Below, piece by piece: positions 26,650-39,963 of a stretch of DNA of 64,000 bases (positions within the stretch are counted from its first letter, which is position 1; each line of letters begins with the position of its first letter). The notes under the pieces were generated by a model. The model saw only the letters and a program-made list of their open reading frames with translations. It was not told where the DNA came from and ran no database searches. Made by a program: the position numbers and the translations under genes. The stretch is from Azolla caroliniana (lineage: Eukaryota > Plantae > Polypodiophyta): positions 9,734,001 to 9,798,000 of the forward strand of contig JBHGNT010000001.1 in the NCBI GenBank assembly GCA_043228905.1. Reading direction: 5' to 3'.

Positions 26650-29600
26650 CATCATGAAGATCATCACTAATACGCAATATTTGAAAGGCGAAGGAGAAAG
26701 AAGTAAACCTAGTAGTAATGCTACTTGACTTTGAAAAAGCATATTGTAGGATCTCATGGGAATTCCTAGAAGCAGTGATGGAGGCCCTTGGTTTTGAACA
26801 ACAATGGATCCTTGGAACGACTGCCTTTTACAGAGTTACATTTAGCCAGGTTTTAATGCCTGGAAGTGTGGGGAATAACTTTAAGACGTCATGATCAGTA
26901 TGCCAAGGATGCCCATTGGCCCCATACCTATATATCATTGAAGCAAAAGCTTTGCATTATCAAATTGTTGATAGATCTTGGCAATACAAGGCCTCCCCCT
27001 GTCGGATGATGCAAGAATGTTGCTTGATACGGAATATGTTGATGACACAACGACTTACATTAAGGGTGGTTCAAACAACCTGGATAGATTGCAAAGTGCA
27101 ATTGGTGAGTTCTGCAAGGGCTTAAGTTCTAAAATAAATTGGAATAAATCAGTGGGCATTTGGATAAGTAATAAGCCTGTGTTAAATTGGGCTCTGGACC
27201 CAGATTTCAGATGGTTGAGGAGAGGAGAAGCTATTAGATACTTGGGCTTCAAATTTGGTATGGACATTGATCGATCATAACTCTACAACTTACTCGTGGA
27301 CAAAATAAATGCGAAGCTAATATGGTGGAATGCAAGAAAACTATCCATTGCAGGCAAGCTCGTGATTGCAAATTAGATTCTAATGGCCACTATATGGCAT
27401 GCTGGATAATCGTGCCCAAGTCAATGAATTTGATAAAAAGGATTATCAGAAATTTCTTATGGGGGGACACGGAGGAAAAACAGGCTCGTGCAAAAGGTTG
27501 CGTGGACCACACTTATAAAAGCAAAAGGTGAAGGCGGGATGGGATTGATAGATCCCATGGTGCAAATGAAGGCCTTGCTAGGCAAATTGGTGGTCAAGAG
27601 CTTGCAACCACCTAAGGCACCTGGGAAAATTCTATGGAGACACATATGGAAGATGTGGTTGCCGAGACAAGGTGGAAGATGGCCAAGCAACCCCTTTTGG
27701 GGTTTTGTGCCAAAAATGTGACCCAAATATTGGGGATGTATGCAGAGTATATGTGTTGTTGGAATTATGAAGGTGTTGCAAGGAATCAGAAAGGGGATCA
27801 CATGTAGGTGGAGAAATGATTCATATGTCTGGATCTACATGCCAATTTTGTGGAACCCATTGATCAGAGATGTGGATGGGTTGATGATAAGACAAAAAGC
27901 AGGCTTCAAATGGCCCAACTTAATCAATGCCCATAGAAGGGAATGCATCAGTGGATTGGAAGATGTTTCTGTCTAATGATGTGGGCACTCAAAAGGCTAG
28001 AATGTGGAGGATAAGATAAGCAGGGGTAAAAGCATGGTCAAGGGAATTATAGATGTCATTGCATGCTATCGCGGATCTCCACGGCTTGGGGGCGGCTTGG
28101 GCAGGACCACCGGGGTGTCGAACCAGGGAGCTTAGTGATAGGTGTCGATTAAGCGTTCACTGTGACCTAACCGAACATGTATCCGACTTCCGAGTAATGA
28201 GCACACGGGCTCGTAGACGCACGCTGGCAAGCACAAGATGAAATGAGAAAGGAAACGACCAAGACAGAGAGCACACGCTACACAACTCACACCCGGATAT
28301 TGAAGCCAATGAATCAATTTGTAGTAGACGAAATAAATACAAGAATGGCCCTAGGTCAAATAACAGATCTTAAAGCTCGACAGATACACGGTGGTGAGCC
28401 TCTAGTCAGGAGCGCACGAGCTCACTATGCGAGCACATGCCTCACTCGAACCTAACCAACAAAAAAGAACAAATCCGATCAGAGCCAGAACCCTTTCCTC
28501 CTAAGTCGACTGTGCTCAATCCGACAACACTTCGACCTCCTAAATGGTGATCCCCAAACAATTTTCCTCCCCTCCTTTTATAGCTCAAGGAGGGTCAGTT
28601 ACATCAGTAGTTATGACATCCGTTTGCATCAGAGATTTTCCCATGATTCCCTTGAATTCCTCCCAATGTCACATCATATTATTCTTCCCCTCTTTTCGAG
28701 GGCCCATATGTACTAATAAAAGGCATATTGTCTTGTACTTATTAATACTCGTTATTTATAATTGTTTGTACACAAGACCTACTTCATGTGCATACATGCA
28801 CACCCTTGTTCACAAGCATCCTATAGACCTTCCTTCTAGTGGCCGGAATCCTCCATGATAATGCAATAGGAAAACCTTGGAAGATGAATACATAATTGCC
28901 TCCGAAATTGAATGGATAGGACTTATAGATGTTGAGAATGATATAATTGGAATTAAGGAAATGAAAGCAGTATCTAATGAGGCATGCCACTACAAAATAG
29001 AGCATGGAATGGAAATATGTGAGCAACCAGCCTATCAAATTGAAAGGTTGATTAGGTTTATTGCAAAAAATGGAAAGGATATGATGATTGACCCTAAGCC
29101 GAGGGAGATCACACCGAAGACGATGTGTTGGCCAATAGAAGGGCATTTGGATCAACTATCATGGAACCCGACAATGTATTTATGTAGTACTCAAGGACGA
29201 ACTGAGGGTGCAAAGTTGGTTCAATTTTTCAGGTACAACACGAAAATTGGGAGGCAAATTATTCTAAAACCAAAATACGGAAATATTGCAGCACATAAAT
29301 TTTGGATACAAGAGGGCATTAGTAAAAAGAGATTACATAAATTCTGGAAAATGATATGGCATGACAGTAGTGACCGCAAGATAATATTGTGCTTATGGTT
29401 TATTGCGCATAGAGCCTTGCCGATAGGGACGTGGGGTAAAGGCCCAATGTAGACCCTAGATGTAGCACATGTGGACAACTAGAAAGCATTTCCCACTGTC
29501 TATGGGAATGTTGGGAGGCAACAATTGTATGGGGAAGGCATTACGTTTGTTATGTCATGCCTCTAGCTCATTTACCCTCAAACGGGGACATGCTTGTTGG

Positions 29601-30245
29601 AACTGTCTTGAGGATGATGTGGAGAAATATGATAACACATGCAAAGCAACAGACAGAGGAGAGAATGGAATTGTTCATTTGATCACTGATAAAAGCAAAA
29701 ATTTGGAGATCTATGGATGTTGCTTGCACCCATTATCATATGGTGCATATGGGCGGCAAGGTGTACCAAGGTATTTTCAGCAAACAAACAACCTCTATTA
29801 AGCTAATATGGTACACACTAATAACTACATTGATGGCACAATATGAGAAGATTGATGGAATAGATGATGCTTCAGAATCAACGAGGTTGAATTTCGGAAA
29901 TTGTTGGTGCACTGCACTAATGGTTGTAGCAAATGGAATAGATACACGATGGTAGTACGTAATATCCGGATGGTTGTTCCCCCTCCCATTAGTTGAAAGA
30001 GGGGTGTGAATGATGACATACATAGAGAACAGACATGTGGGTTATTGGATGCATGTGATGTGTATGAAAATTTGGCTAGAGACATCTGTGAAAGTGTAAG
30101 ATAAATAAGTGAGATCACTCATGAATGATAGGATAATTTAGGCAAGGACTACCTGATAAAGGGACTAAAGTTGTGTACAAAATGACATTTTAACTAATGG
30201 AGTATATTCTTTTTTGGTAAAAAAAAGAAAAAAGAAAAAAGAAAA
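26650..30245 (+). mobile_element. 5'-truncated, decayed L1/Tx1-like LINE (ORF2 RT plus C-terminal region) with A-rich tail
   Basis: LLDFEKAY.RISW, CQGCPLAPYLY, EYVDD (YADD-type), KINWNKS, RYLG, IRNFLWG, KVAW...KGEGGMGL, FWKMIW...LWFIAHRALP, IWCIW. A-rich tail at about 30219-30245. Interrupted by an insertion at about 28062-28857. Confidence 0.9.
28062..28857. mobile_element. GC/CpG-richer insertion in the LINE, probable solo LTR (reverse orientation)
   Basis: Abrupt compositional shift. LINE-like coding resumes after it. Internal CCTTTTATAGC reads as a TATA on the minus strand. CATG occurs at both junctions. Confidence 0.55.
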
Positions 30246-31199
30246 TGAAGTTGCATATAGTCAATGTGTTGTTGCCTTAGGAGTTTGATTCATAATAATG
30301 ATTTTGGGTTAGCACTCTTGTACAACACCAGCATAGGATGGCCATGATATTAGTAATAGGGTTTATAGGGTAGGTTGTGTCTGAAATTTTGAGCACCCCT
30401 ATAAATATTAATGGACAAACATATAAAACTTCAATGTGCTTATCATGGTTATCACTTTTTATTATCAATCCATTGTTAGGAATTTTTGACATTAAGTTTC
30501 AAATTTCACACAATGATTGGAACATGTGTCTTGTTAGATGGGTAACATAACCTTTTGAAGCTTGATAATCTTGGACAAGACCATGATCAGTCCATACCCA
30601 TCGAAGATTGCAATTATAGATACATACATGGCGGCGTATTAGTAGTCTTGTGTTGGATAAAAAACAAGAAGAATGAACAATAAGAGAAAGAGTGAGAAAG
30701 GGGTGAACACAAAGCTAATGCAATTGTCGAGTCATTGATTATGGTCTTATATAAGCTCTTTAGAGTCATTTAGACGATATTCTAGAATTTACATTACAAA
30801 TCTTTGTTTTGAATAATTTAGGCTATCGTAGCATGCCCCTAACTTCTTTCTAGTGTTTTCTTGAGATTACACATGTAGTAACAATTCACTGCTCTCATGT
30901 CAACAACAAGATAAGAACAAGTGGCAATCATGGCTTACATAAAATTGCCAACAATGGAGGGTTAAAGGTACGTCAAACATTTTTTTCAATCTTTGCATCT
31001 AACAAATGGTATTATTTTTTATTTTATCTTTACATGTGTAGTTGAAGGAGTGCATATAACCTTACTAGTATCCACATATAAAAGCCCATATAACATTCTT
31101 ACAACTTCTACCCATAGTAATCCATGTGATAGTTATGTGATTTTTTTTCCAAGAAAGATATTACATTGGTATTAAGAAGCTAAGCGTGTTAAATTCTAA

Positions 31200-31800
31200 C
31201 TGTCACTTTAAATAAATATTTCGATGTAGACCAAAACCACTTAACCTTGTCAAAAATCTCCCTATAAAATATTTCTTTGTCCCATATGGCACAAAACTCC
31301 AAACTTTGTAATTCTGCATGTTGCGTAGTACCTTTTATGGTATCTATAAAACTTTAGAGATTATCCACAATCTCCATCCAAATCTTAGTTTTATTTGGTA
31401 AAATCTTTTGATCACATCTTGAAATACCTTCAAATATTTGGTCTTCCAAATATACCAAATAGTGATACTACTTACCAATTGCCATATTTCAAGTTTACTA
31501 TACTCTATTTGTGGATTTAGCGGTATAATTGTTTTATGCATTAGACCATGTCTCATAGAAAGAGTATCTACAACATCTTGTTGTTCACATAACATTGGTT
31601 GACCTTGTATACACTACTCGTGGATATACTTGTATTAATAGTATGCAATTCTTTTACATATTTCCATCACGTAATCACAAGTCAACGCAATGCTTAGCAG
31701 TGTCCACTAGATTTGTACAAAAGGACATATATTATCAACATCCATCCTTTCCCCCTTCCCATTAACTAGTATAGTTGTGTGAATCAACAACTATAAAAAA
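31200..31800 (-). mobile_element. LINE ORF2 C-terminal fragment
   Basis: ORF 31344-31595 contains WQLVSSITIWYIWKTKYLKVFQD, homologous to the IIIWCIW...KVFS motif of the LINE near 29720. Confidence 0.6.
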
Positions 31801-31899
31801 ACAAGCAATTTTCCTGCTCCTTTTTATGCCCTTTTATTTGTCATAATTATAAAGTTGACTTAACATAGCCTTTAAAGCTTCAAAACACCTTTGTTAGGA

Positions 31900-33110
31900 C
31901 TAGATATTAATTTGCCTCTACGTATAAGATGAAGAGAATGGAATTACCAACTCAAGTTGTGTTCATGTAGAGACGCACATCTCCATTACTCAAAGAATAG
32001 TCGGTGGAGTGGTTAAAGTTTTTGAGGTGGCTACTTGTGCCCACAAAGGCCTTTATTCAATCTAAATGCCAAACATCCCTTTTTGGGTGTGAGAAAATAA
32101 GTAGGTCATTGCATATAAGCTCTTCAAAGAGATTACCATGAAGCAAGAACAACTTTACATCCACATTTTGAAGTTCCATATTATTCATGTCAACTAGTGC
32201 GAGGAGAAACAAATAGTGGAAATTCTCATTGCAAGAAAATATACCTCCTTAATACAAATATTATGTTGCTACTTAAAGCCTTTCACAACAAGGCAAACTT
32301 GGACATATGCTTTTCATATTATGTGATCTTGAAACAATGACCCATTTACAAGAAGGGCCATACGATCATCGATAGGTTGACAAACACTCGCTTATCATCT
32401 TGATAGAAAAGGTCATCATTCAAATCCGTAGTTGCTTTATGCTTTGACATTTGTGCTCTATGTTCATAAATTCATCGAAGCTTGTGTATTTGTTGCACTT
32501 AGGAAGCATAACATCATCCCAAGAGGGTATGTAGCGATCCAATTGTTACGTTCTTGTTTCAAAAGATCTCCTCAAGGGAGGGATTCCATTTAGAATCGGT
32601 TGATCTGTTGCCTTATGGAACCATAACACAATCTTTGCAATGTGGTAGCCACATCATTGCTCGAGCAAATATGGTTAAGGGAGGGATAACATTTGCAAAC
32701 AAAGATGCTCTTCAACCTATTCATGCATGTTGTTGGTGTTGGTGTGACACGTTGAACCATCTACGACGCGTTGATGCAACCTAGGATGAGACGTGTGTAT
32801 CGGAAAAATGAAACTCATAATGATTGAGCCAAACCATAAAGAATCAACCAACACAAGTTCCAGGATTCGAGAACCAAGGTAAAGCATTCGAAGCAGAAGC
32901 CGAACCAAGGTAAAGCATCAAAGAAGAAGCCAGGCCGAAGTAAACCCAATCAAAGTGTTGACGAGAGAAATGGACAGAAGCATCATGATGAAGCAAACCA
33001 AACCGGGACGGATCGATCGAGTACCGAAGAAAGGCCATGAAACACGATGAAGACCGACGCGACGACCCCTAGGAAAAACAAGTAAAAGAGAAGGTTTTAT
33101 AGGGAAGAGG
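31900..33110 (-). mobile_element. Decayed copia-like leader/gag/protease remnant back-to-back with LIG1
   Basis: Minus-strand CCTATAAAACC followed by a pyrimidine-rich leader, then gag-like VVDGS...LLNHI...LQRLCYG and protease-like WHLD...GTSSHL remnants with stops. Confidence 0.4.
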
Positions 33111-33178
33111 AGATCTGCATTTCCTGAGATATGTATGCTCTTCCCACAATTATATGTACATATTATGTTGTTGGATTG

Positions 33179-36100
33179 ATGGCTTTGAACTTGAACTTGA
33201 GGAGAGTCGTCTTCTTCAGCACCACCAACACTTCCTCCTTCCTCAAGACCTCTGTCGCCATGTCTGCACAGCCCAAGAATGTCCATGACTTCCTCATGCA
33301 AGCCGCAAGATCAAAGAAGAATAAGCCTGCTAGCAATGGTGGTAGTATTGTCTCCTCTAATACCACCACCACCACCACCACCACCACCACCACCACTGTA
33401 GTTAGTGCTGGAAGACCCCCTGCTTCCCATGTGTCCGCACAGAGAGGAAAGACCCAAAATGAGAAAGTGCAAGAAAAAGTGAAGAAAGAAGAAAACGAGG
33501 AGGAGTGTATGGTGAAGCAAGAAATGCAGGGCGCAGAAGAATGCTCTGTTTCTGGAAAGGTTAAAAGTGAGGATGTCGTAGATATGCCACTTGTGAAGGT
33601 TTGTGAAGAAGTATCTGTGTCCGAATGTGTCTCACATCTCACTAAAAAGCAACTTGATTTCAAGCCCCATTCCGCTGTTTTCTGGAAGAGTGGAGAGCAT
33701 GTGCCTTTCCTGTTTCTTGCCCATGGCTTGGATAGTGAGTCTTTCCTTCCTTTCTTATTTTTCCTTATAATTATCATGTGTTAATGATTTTTATATATAT
33801 GTTTTTTATGTTTTAATGTTGCATATATGTTAAGAATCAACATTTATATCTCATCAGTGTGGTTCAATAATTTACTCACAATGTTGACTGCTTATGCTCC
33901 GTTAATTCCATAGATTCCATTGTGAGTCCTACCATCATTTTTACCATTATATATTGTTATTTTTTTCTAGATTCTTTCAATGCTGCCGATGTTTTCTCAT
34001 CAATACATGCTTATTTCAATTAACATATGTGTAATTAACTGTGGTTTAATATAAAGCTCACAACATGGACTGGATTTGCGATGTTAATGTTCACATACGC
34101 GTTTTTCCATCAATATTTTGTGCTATATTGATGCGAAGGCAGAAGCCTCTAGTATGGTATAGGAACATGGTTAAATGTGTTGCAAGGTACATGCTAGAAG
34201 CAGCTAACTAGCTATGGTATGTGACATTGCTAAGTATGTACCCAACCAATTCCTTGGCTCCAGAATTGATTGGGTACAGCAATATAACCCTAGCTTTCTC
34301 TTATCTTCATATTCATAGCCTTCTATTATCATGATATCCATGTTTAATAGAACTAGCCATACAAATTTTGATCTTTATCCTCACAGAACAGATCTGATGA
34401 AGATAATTCTGGGTGTAATAATAATAATAATATTATTATTATGGGGCCTCTTTTTTATATGCATGCATACCGTGGTGAAAGCTATGGCTGAATTACATTG
34501 CTTGCTGGTGTTGTTGAGGCCACTTGCAGTGATATCGGGTGAATCAGGGAGGATTGCAATGACAGATATCCTCACCAATGTATTCCGGACAGTCATAGTG
34601 ACAAGACCTGAAGATTTGCTTCCGATAGTTTACCTTACAGTGAATAGAGTAGCCCCGGCACACTATGGCATTGAGCTTGGGATAGGAGATGCAGCCATCA
34701 TTAAGACTATTGCAGAAACTTTTGGAAAGAGTGAGGCCCAAGTCAAAAGTCAACTCAAGGTTTAGCTTTGAACAATGAACAATTGGCTCCCATACACAAG
34801 TCTCATGATTCCTCTGTATTTGTGTATTTTCTCCTTTTTTTGTTTATTTTCTTTGTGACTTTGTGCCATTCTTTACATTATAGACATTGGGAGACTTGGG
34901 ACTTGTTGCCAAAGCATGCCGTACGACTCAGAGGTTGATGAGGAAGCCTATGGCCCTGACTTGTGTCAAAGTTCTCAACACTTTCAAGGATATCGCAAAG
35001 GCAAGTGCCACACTTTTTTTGCCATTGGCAAATCATTGATTGGAAAATTTTGTTTTAAAAGGAATGCACTACATCAGGAAACGGGGAAAAACTCTCAAGA
35101 AAACCGGCGAAACAGAATCAAGTCACTTCTTGTTGCAGCAGTGGACTGCGAGCCACAATATCTCGTCCGTCTGGCACAGGTTATTCGCTAGCTTAGTGAA
35201 AGCAGATTAGATATAATAAAATAACCTGAAATTATTGCTTCAACTTTTGTAACTGATTGATCTTTTTGTTACTAGGGAAATCTAAGAATAGGGCTTGCAG
35301 AGCAGACTATTTTGGTAGCATTGGCTCATGCAGCAGTCCTGACAGAAGAGCCACCTGTACCTGCTGCTCAATTACCGGGACGCTTAGAGGAAGTATGCTA
35401 TCTTTGGCTTTATTTTTTATGTCTGCAAGAGGTTCAAGTAAAATGATCTCAATTTTATGCACAGCAAGAGCTGATTTTCTCAAGATTTTATTTAACTTCA
35501 AGTTTCTAGTGCACATAGTTATTTCCACATCCCACTAAAATTCTATTGCATTATGAAAGATATGCTGTCAATTATATTATGACGTTTTATGGCATTGAGA
35601 GAAATGTTATCAATTACATTATGAAGTTTTATGGCACTATGAAACAAATGTTGTTAGGTACATTGGCCATCTATATAATCAAGAAGGTGATTATTGAGGT
35701 CAAAGATAATTTTGGGAATCTCGGTATTGCATATAATGCAATGGAATAGATAGGGCTATATTCCACCAAAATTTAATATTATTATCAAGAAAATTTTAAG
35801 TTATTTGGTTGTACTCTCATGTGACATCAAATTGGGAATATATAAAGAAATGAATTATTTACTTCTAAAAAAAACTTTGATTGTTTATATGCTCCATACA
35901 AATCCAAATTCTTAGAATTTCTAGTAGCTTTAGAAAAATGTTAAAAGGGACTTACCAAACTGATTGAATCATCAAAAGCTGATGCTAAAAAATGCCTTTA
36001 AAATATTTGCTACAAAGTTGTTGCTGACTAGATTAAAATGTAGTGGATGGGGGTGAACTGGTTGTTTTATGTAATGGGCAGGCAGCACAGATAATGAAGC

Positions 36101-39100
36101 AGACATATTCTGAACTTCCTGTTTTCGACCAAATTATACCTGTGGTTTTAAAGTCTGGTATCCAGAATTTAAGGGCAGTCTGCCATTTCACACCAGGGGT
36201 GCCAGTAGGACCGATGCTTGCAAAAGCAACAAAAAGTGTTTCAGAAATTCTAGACAAGTTTCAAGACATAGAGTTCACTTGTGAGTACAAATATGATGGA
36301 GAAAGAGCACAGGTATATGAGTGTTTAAGTTATGTATTTAGTTTGATTGCCTTGGTTCACATGTTTTTTTACTCATGAATGGATTTATGCTTCAGATCCA
36401 TTATGTGGAGGATGGTTCCGTAGAGATATATAGTAGAAATGCAGAATGTACAACTGGGAAGTTTCCTGATGTTGCAGGTGCTATTGGAAGGTACACTATG
36501 GAGATGAGTGACTTTTGGTATGTTCATATACTTTTGTTTGTCATGTAATATATTCGGAACTTCATATTGCAGATACAAGGTGGACTCTGTGAAGTCCTTT
36601 GTTCTAGATTGTGAGATTGTGGCATATGATAAACAAGCAGATAAAATCCTACCCTTTCAGGTATAACTGTTGCAATATCCTGAAAGTGAGCCTTTACTTT
36701 TTTGATTTAATTTTGTTCTAAGTGCTTCACTGTGGTTTCTCTAGATTTTGAGCACACGGGCTCGTAAAGGGGTTACATTGGACAGTATTAAAGTGAATGT
36801 TTGTGTATATGCTTTTGATCTTCTCTACTTGAATGGACAGGAGCTTCTGCAAGAGCCCTTGAGAGCTCGTCGAGAGGTAATTATCTATATTTGTAACGAT
36901 TCAAATTCGTGCATGTCTAGTGTTACCTTCTTGTATGCTTGTTTATGACATTATATTATCATTATCTTCCACAATACAAATACACAGTGTTGTGTTTCAA
37001 ATGACCCAGCAATTCAAATGTGCAATGAAAATCCATTTAATAAGGGGTTATATCCCATGAATTGCAATACAATCTTCAGATCATTGTGGTATGAGTTCAT
37101 GCTCATAGATGCAATTGATAGGACTATATCTAGAGCCCTCAGCTCTAAATATGGCTCAATGACCATGAGTGGGACATGAATCTTGTTCTAACCAGATGCC
37201 TTTGACTAATTGGATGGAGGTATGAGAGCCATGTGCCCTTCGTGCCCATTGGAGGACAATGTTTAATCTTTGATGATGGATTGCTTAGTCATTTTAATTG
37301 AAGCATCCTGCAAATTGTTTCCTTCGCTTGGAGTCTTTGGTGAGGCAGTGTTCTTTGCCAAGCACGTCTTCCCCAATCAGTAATGAATAGAGGCTTCTGC
37401 ATTAGTTATCATCCTTGGTATGCGTTGGTGGTCTACTTTGAAACCCATGTTAGATTCTGGAAAAAACTTTCCTGCACTTAACTATGGCATAAAGTGAACG
37501 CATTGAGGGAGCTTAAAAACAGAGCTATCTGCATGTGAATCTTTTTTGTTTATGATGAATTTATGGAGGTGTTTGTTATATTAACTTGTTTAATAATTTG
37601 GAGCTGTGGGATAGAAATTATACAAAGCCTTTGTGGAGACTCCGAAAGAGTTTTGTTTTGCTAAAGCTATAATCTCAAATGATTTGGAGCAAATTCAAAC
37701 CTTTTTGCAAGATGCAGTGAATCACAGGTAAATTGGTAGCTTTTATGCTGCCTTTCTTTATTTCTTGTAATGCTTCTGATGATCTTTTTTTCTGCTTTTT
37801 TTCGTATATGTGTGTGCTATGGTAATCTCAAGTTGTGAGGGTCTCATTATAAAGACATTGGATAAGGAGGCTACATATGAACCATCAAAGCGCTCCAATA
37901 ATTGGCTTAAGCTTAAGAAGGACTACATGGACAGGTTATGATCATTACCTTAATGTTGATCAATACGAAAAATGGATTTATACTTTTGAATGTCCAATTA
38001 TCTGATTGATTGTTGCATATTTATGACCGGAGAAGTGGGCCCTTTTCACCAAATATTAATTTCTTGTTAAAATGATGCAATAGATGCATGTAGTTGTGCT
38101 CAATTCTGGGGTTTTAGGTTTTCCTTATTTGTTCTTGTGAAGAGATTTCTACTATTTAGTATTATAAAGAGGAGATATAAGGAAAGGTCAAAGTAAGAAT
38201 TGAAAAAAGTGCTGTTAACTTGCCTGGTTGCATTAAAGCCATTCTTTGTCTAAGTAGGTATTTTCATCCAAACCAAATTAAACCAATTAATTGCTGCATA
38301 ACAATGTGATAAGACTATGTTGCCATGTTTGATTAATATAACGCCATCATTAATACTAGCCATTTGTAGGGAGTTAGTGCCATTTGGTTCAGTGAAAAAA
38401 TGAAGTTAAAACTGCAGTAAAGTGCATGCATATCATTATGGTTTTTTTGCTAAGCAATCTTTTCGTCATGATTAACAGTGTCGGGGATTCATTCGATCTT
38501 GTTCCAATTGGTGCTTTCTATGGCAGAGGGAAGCGAACAGGTTTGTTAGTATTTTTCATTTGTGTGTAGTTAATAAGGAGGCCCTGATCCAAATTCACAT
38601 CTCAAAAGGAGAGATAACACTTTGTGCAGGTGTGTATGGTGCATTTTTGCTTGCTTGTTATGATGAAGAAGCTGAAGAGTATCAAAGTGTGTGCAAAATA
38701 GGTTGGTTTCTAATCCATATTTGTGCACTTTACATTTTGTAATGTGTTTCATTCATTCATGTATTTTGTTAAAAAATCTCAAGATATGTACGTGAATATA
38801 TATGTATATATATATATATAATGTATATGTAGATATATGTATGTATATGTATGTATGTATGTATATGTATATGTGTGTATATATATGTGTGTATATAAAC
38901 CTTTGTTTATGTGTTCAGATTTATAATGCAATTGTTCTAATGTCCAAACCTTCACGATGTATCTATTTAGGAACTGGATTTTCCGAAGCTGTGTTGGAAG
39001 AACGGTCTTCCAGCCTAAGAGCTAGTGTGATCACTGTGCCGAAGGTTAAAATTTAAAATATATATTATAGAGAGAATTAGACTTTTCTCCATGCCCTCGT

Positions 39101-39963
39101 ATATTAAACCTTTATTGTTTTCTGTTATTGTTTCTTGTTCATACAGCGGTACTACAGGTATGGGGAGACTATCGGAGTTGATGTATGGTTTGAACCAGTC
39201 GAGGTGAAGAGAATGAGCTCATTCAATCAATTTCAATTTAAATGGGTTTAGTCTCGTTCTTTTAGTTCAAAAGTGATAAGTAATTTTGTTTTGTTTTGTC
39301 TATTGGGGAATTTCTACAGGTTTGGGAGGTGAAGGCCGCAGATTTGAGCATCAGCCCTGTTCATCGAGCAGCCGTTGGGAAAGTAGACCCATCAAAGGTT
39401 ATATAATTTCAGTTAGACTCATAAAAGATATTTGATGTCTTCTAGTGGAGATATTCATTGCTTTTCTTTTTCTTTGTACGTTATTTTTTTCTTATTCTGT
39501 GACCTGTTCTTTTTGCTATATATTAACTATCGTTTTTTCCAATCAGGGGATTTCGCTTAGATTCCCGCGACTGCTCCGACTCAGGACAGACAAATCTCCT
39601 GAACAAGCTACTACAGCTGAGCAGGTAAATTTTTTTATGAATGTTTTTTGAATGCCAAAACAATTAAAACTTTACTTTTTGAATATAAATGAATACAGAT
39701 TAGCGTCATCAAGAATATCTTAACCAAGGAATCCATCATACATTTGTCAAATTAATGAGCTTTTTCTTCCGTCTGCACTGTCTTGTCCAGCATATAATTG
39801 TGTATCTTTTTGAGTTGCAAATCAACAGTCATGTCATTATGCTTGCCAATCATGCAGTATTATTATTACTAATATGGTCTTCTTCTTCGGCATTTTCCAG
39901 GTTGCTGAAATGTATAATGCCCAAAAGATTAGCCGTCCAACTAAGGTGGAGGACGACGATTAG
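33179..39963 (+). CDS. LIG1: DNA ligase I (ATP-dependent), 18 exons, ~788 aa
   Basis: Exons 33179-33734, 34530-34759, 34884-35000, 35078-35179, 35276-35392, 36082-36312, 36396-36490, 36573-36660, 36745-36876, 37615-37727, 37833-37934, 38479-38540, 38630-38701, 38971-39044, 39147-39203, 39320-39397, 39547-39624, 39901-39963 sum to 2367 nt in one frame. Motifs: [16 protein letters not shown] (adenylated Lys), [36 protein letters not shown]. Confidence 0.95.

Noticed and set aside
36950-37560. Possible intronic snoRNA in LIG1 intron 9 (TGATGA near 37271)
   Set aside because: No paired CTGA D box with terminal stem, and no recognisable rRNA antisense element.
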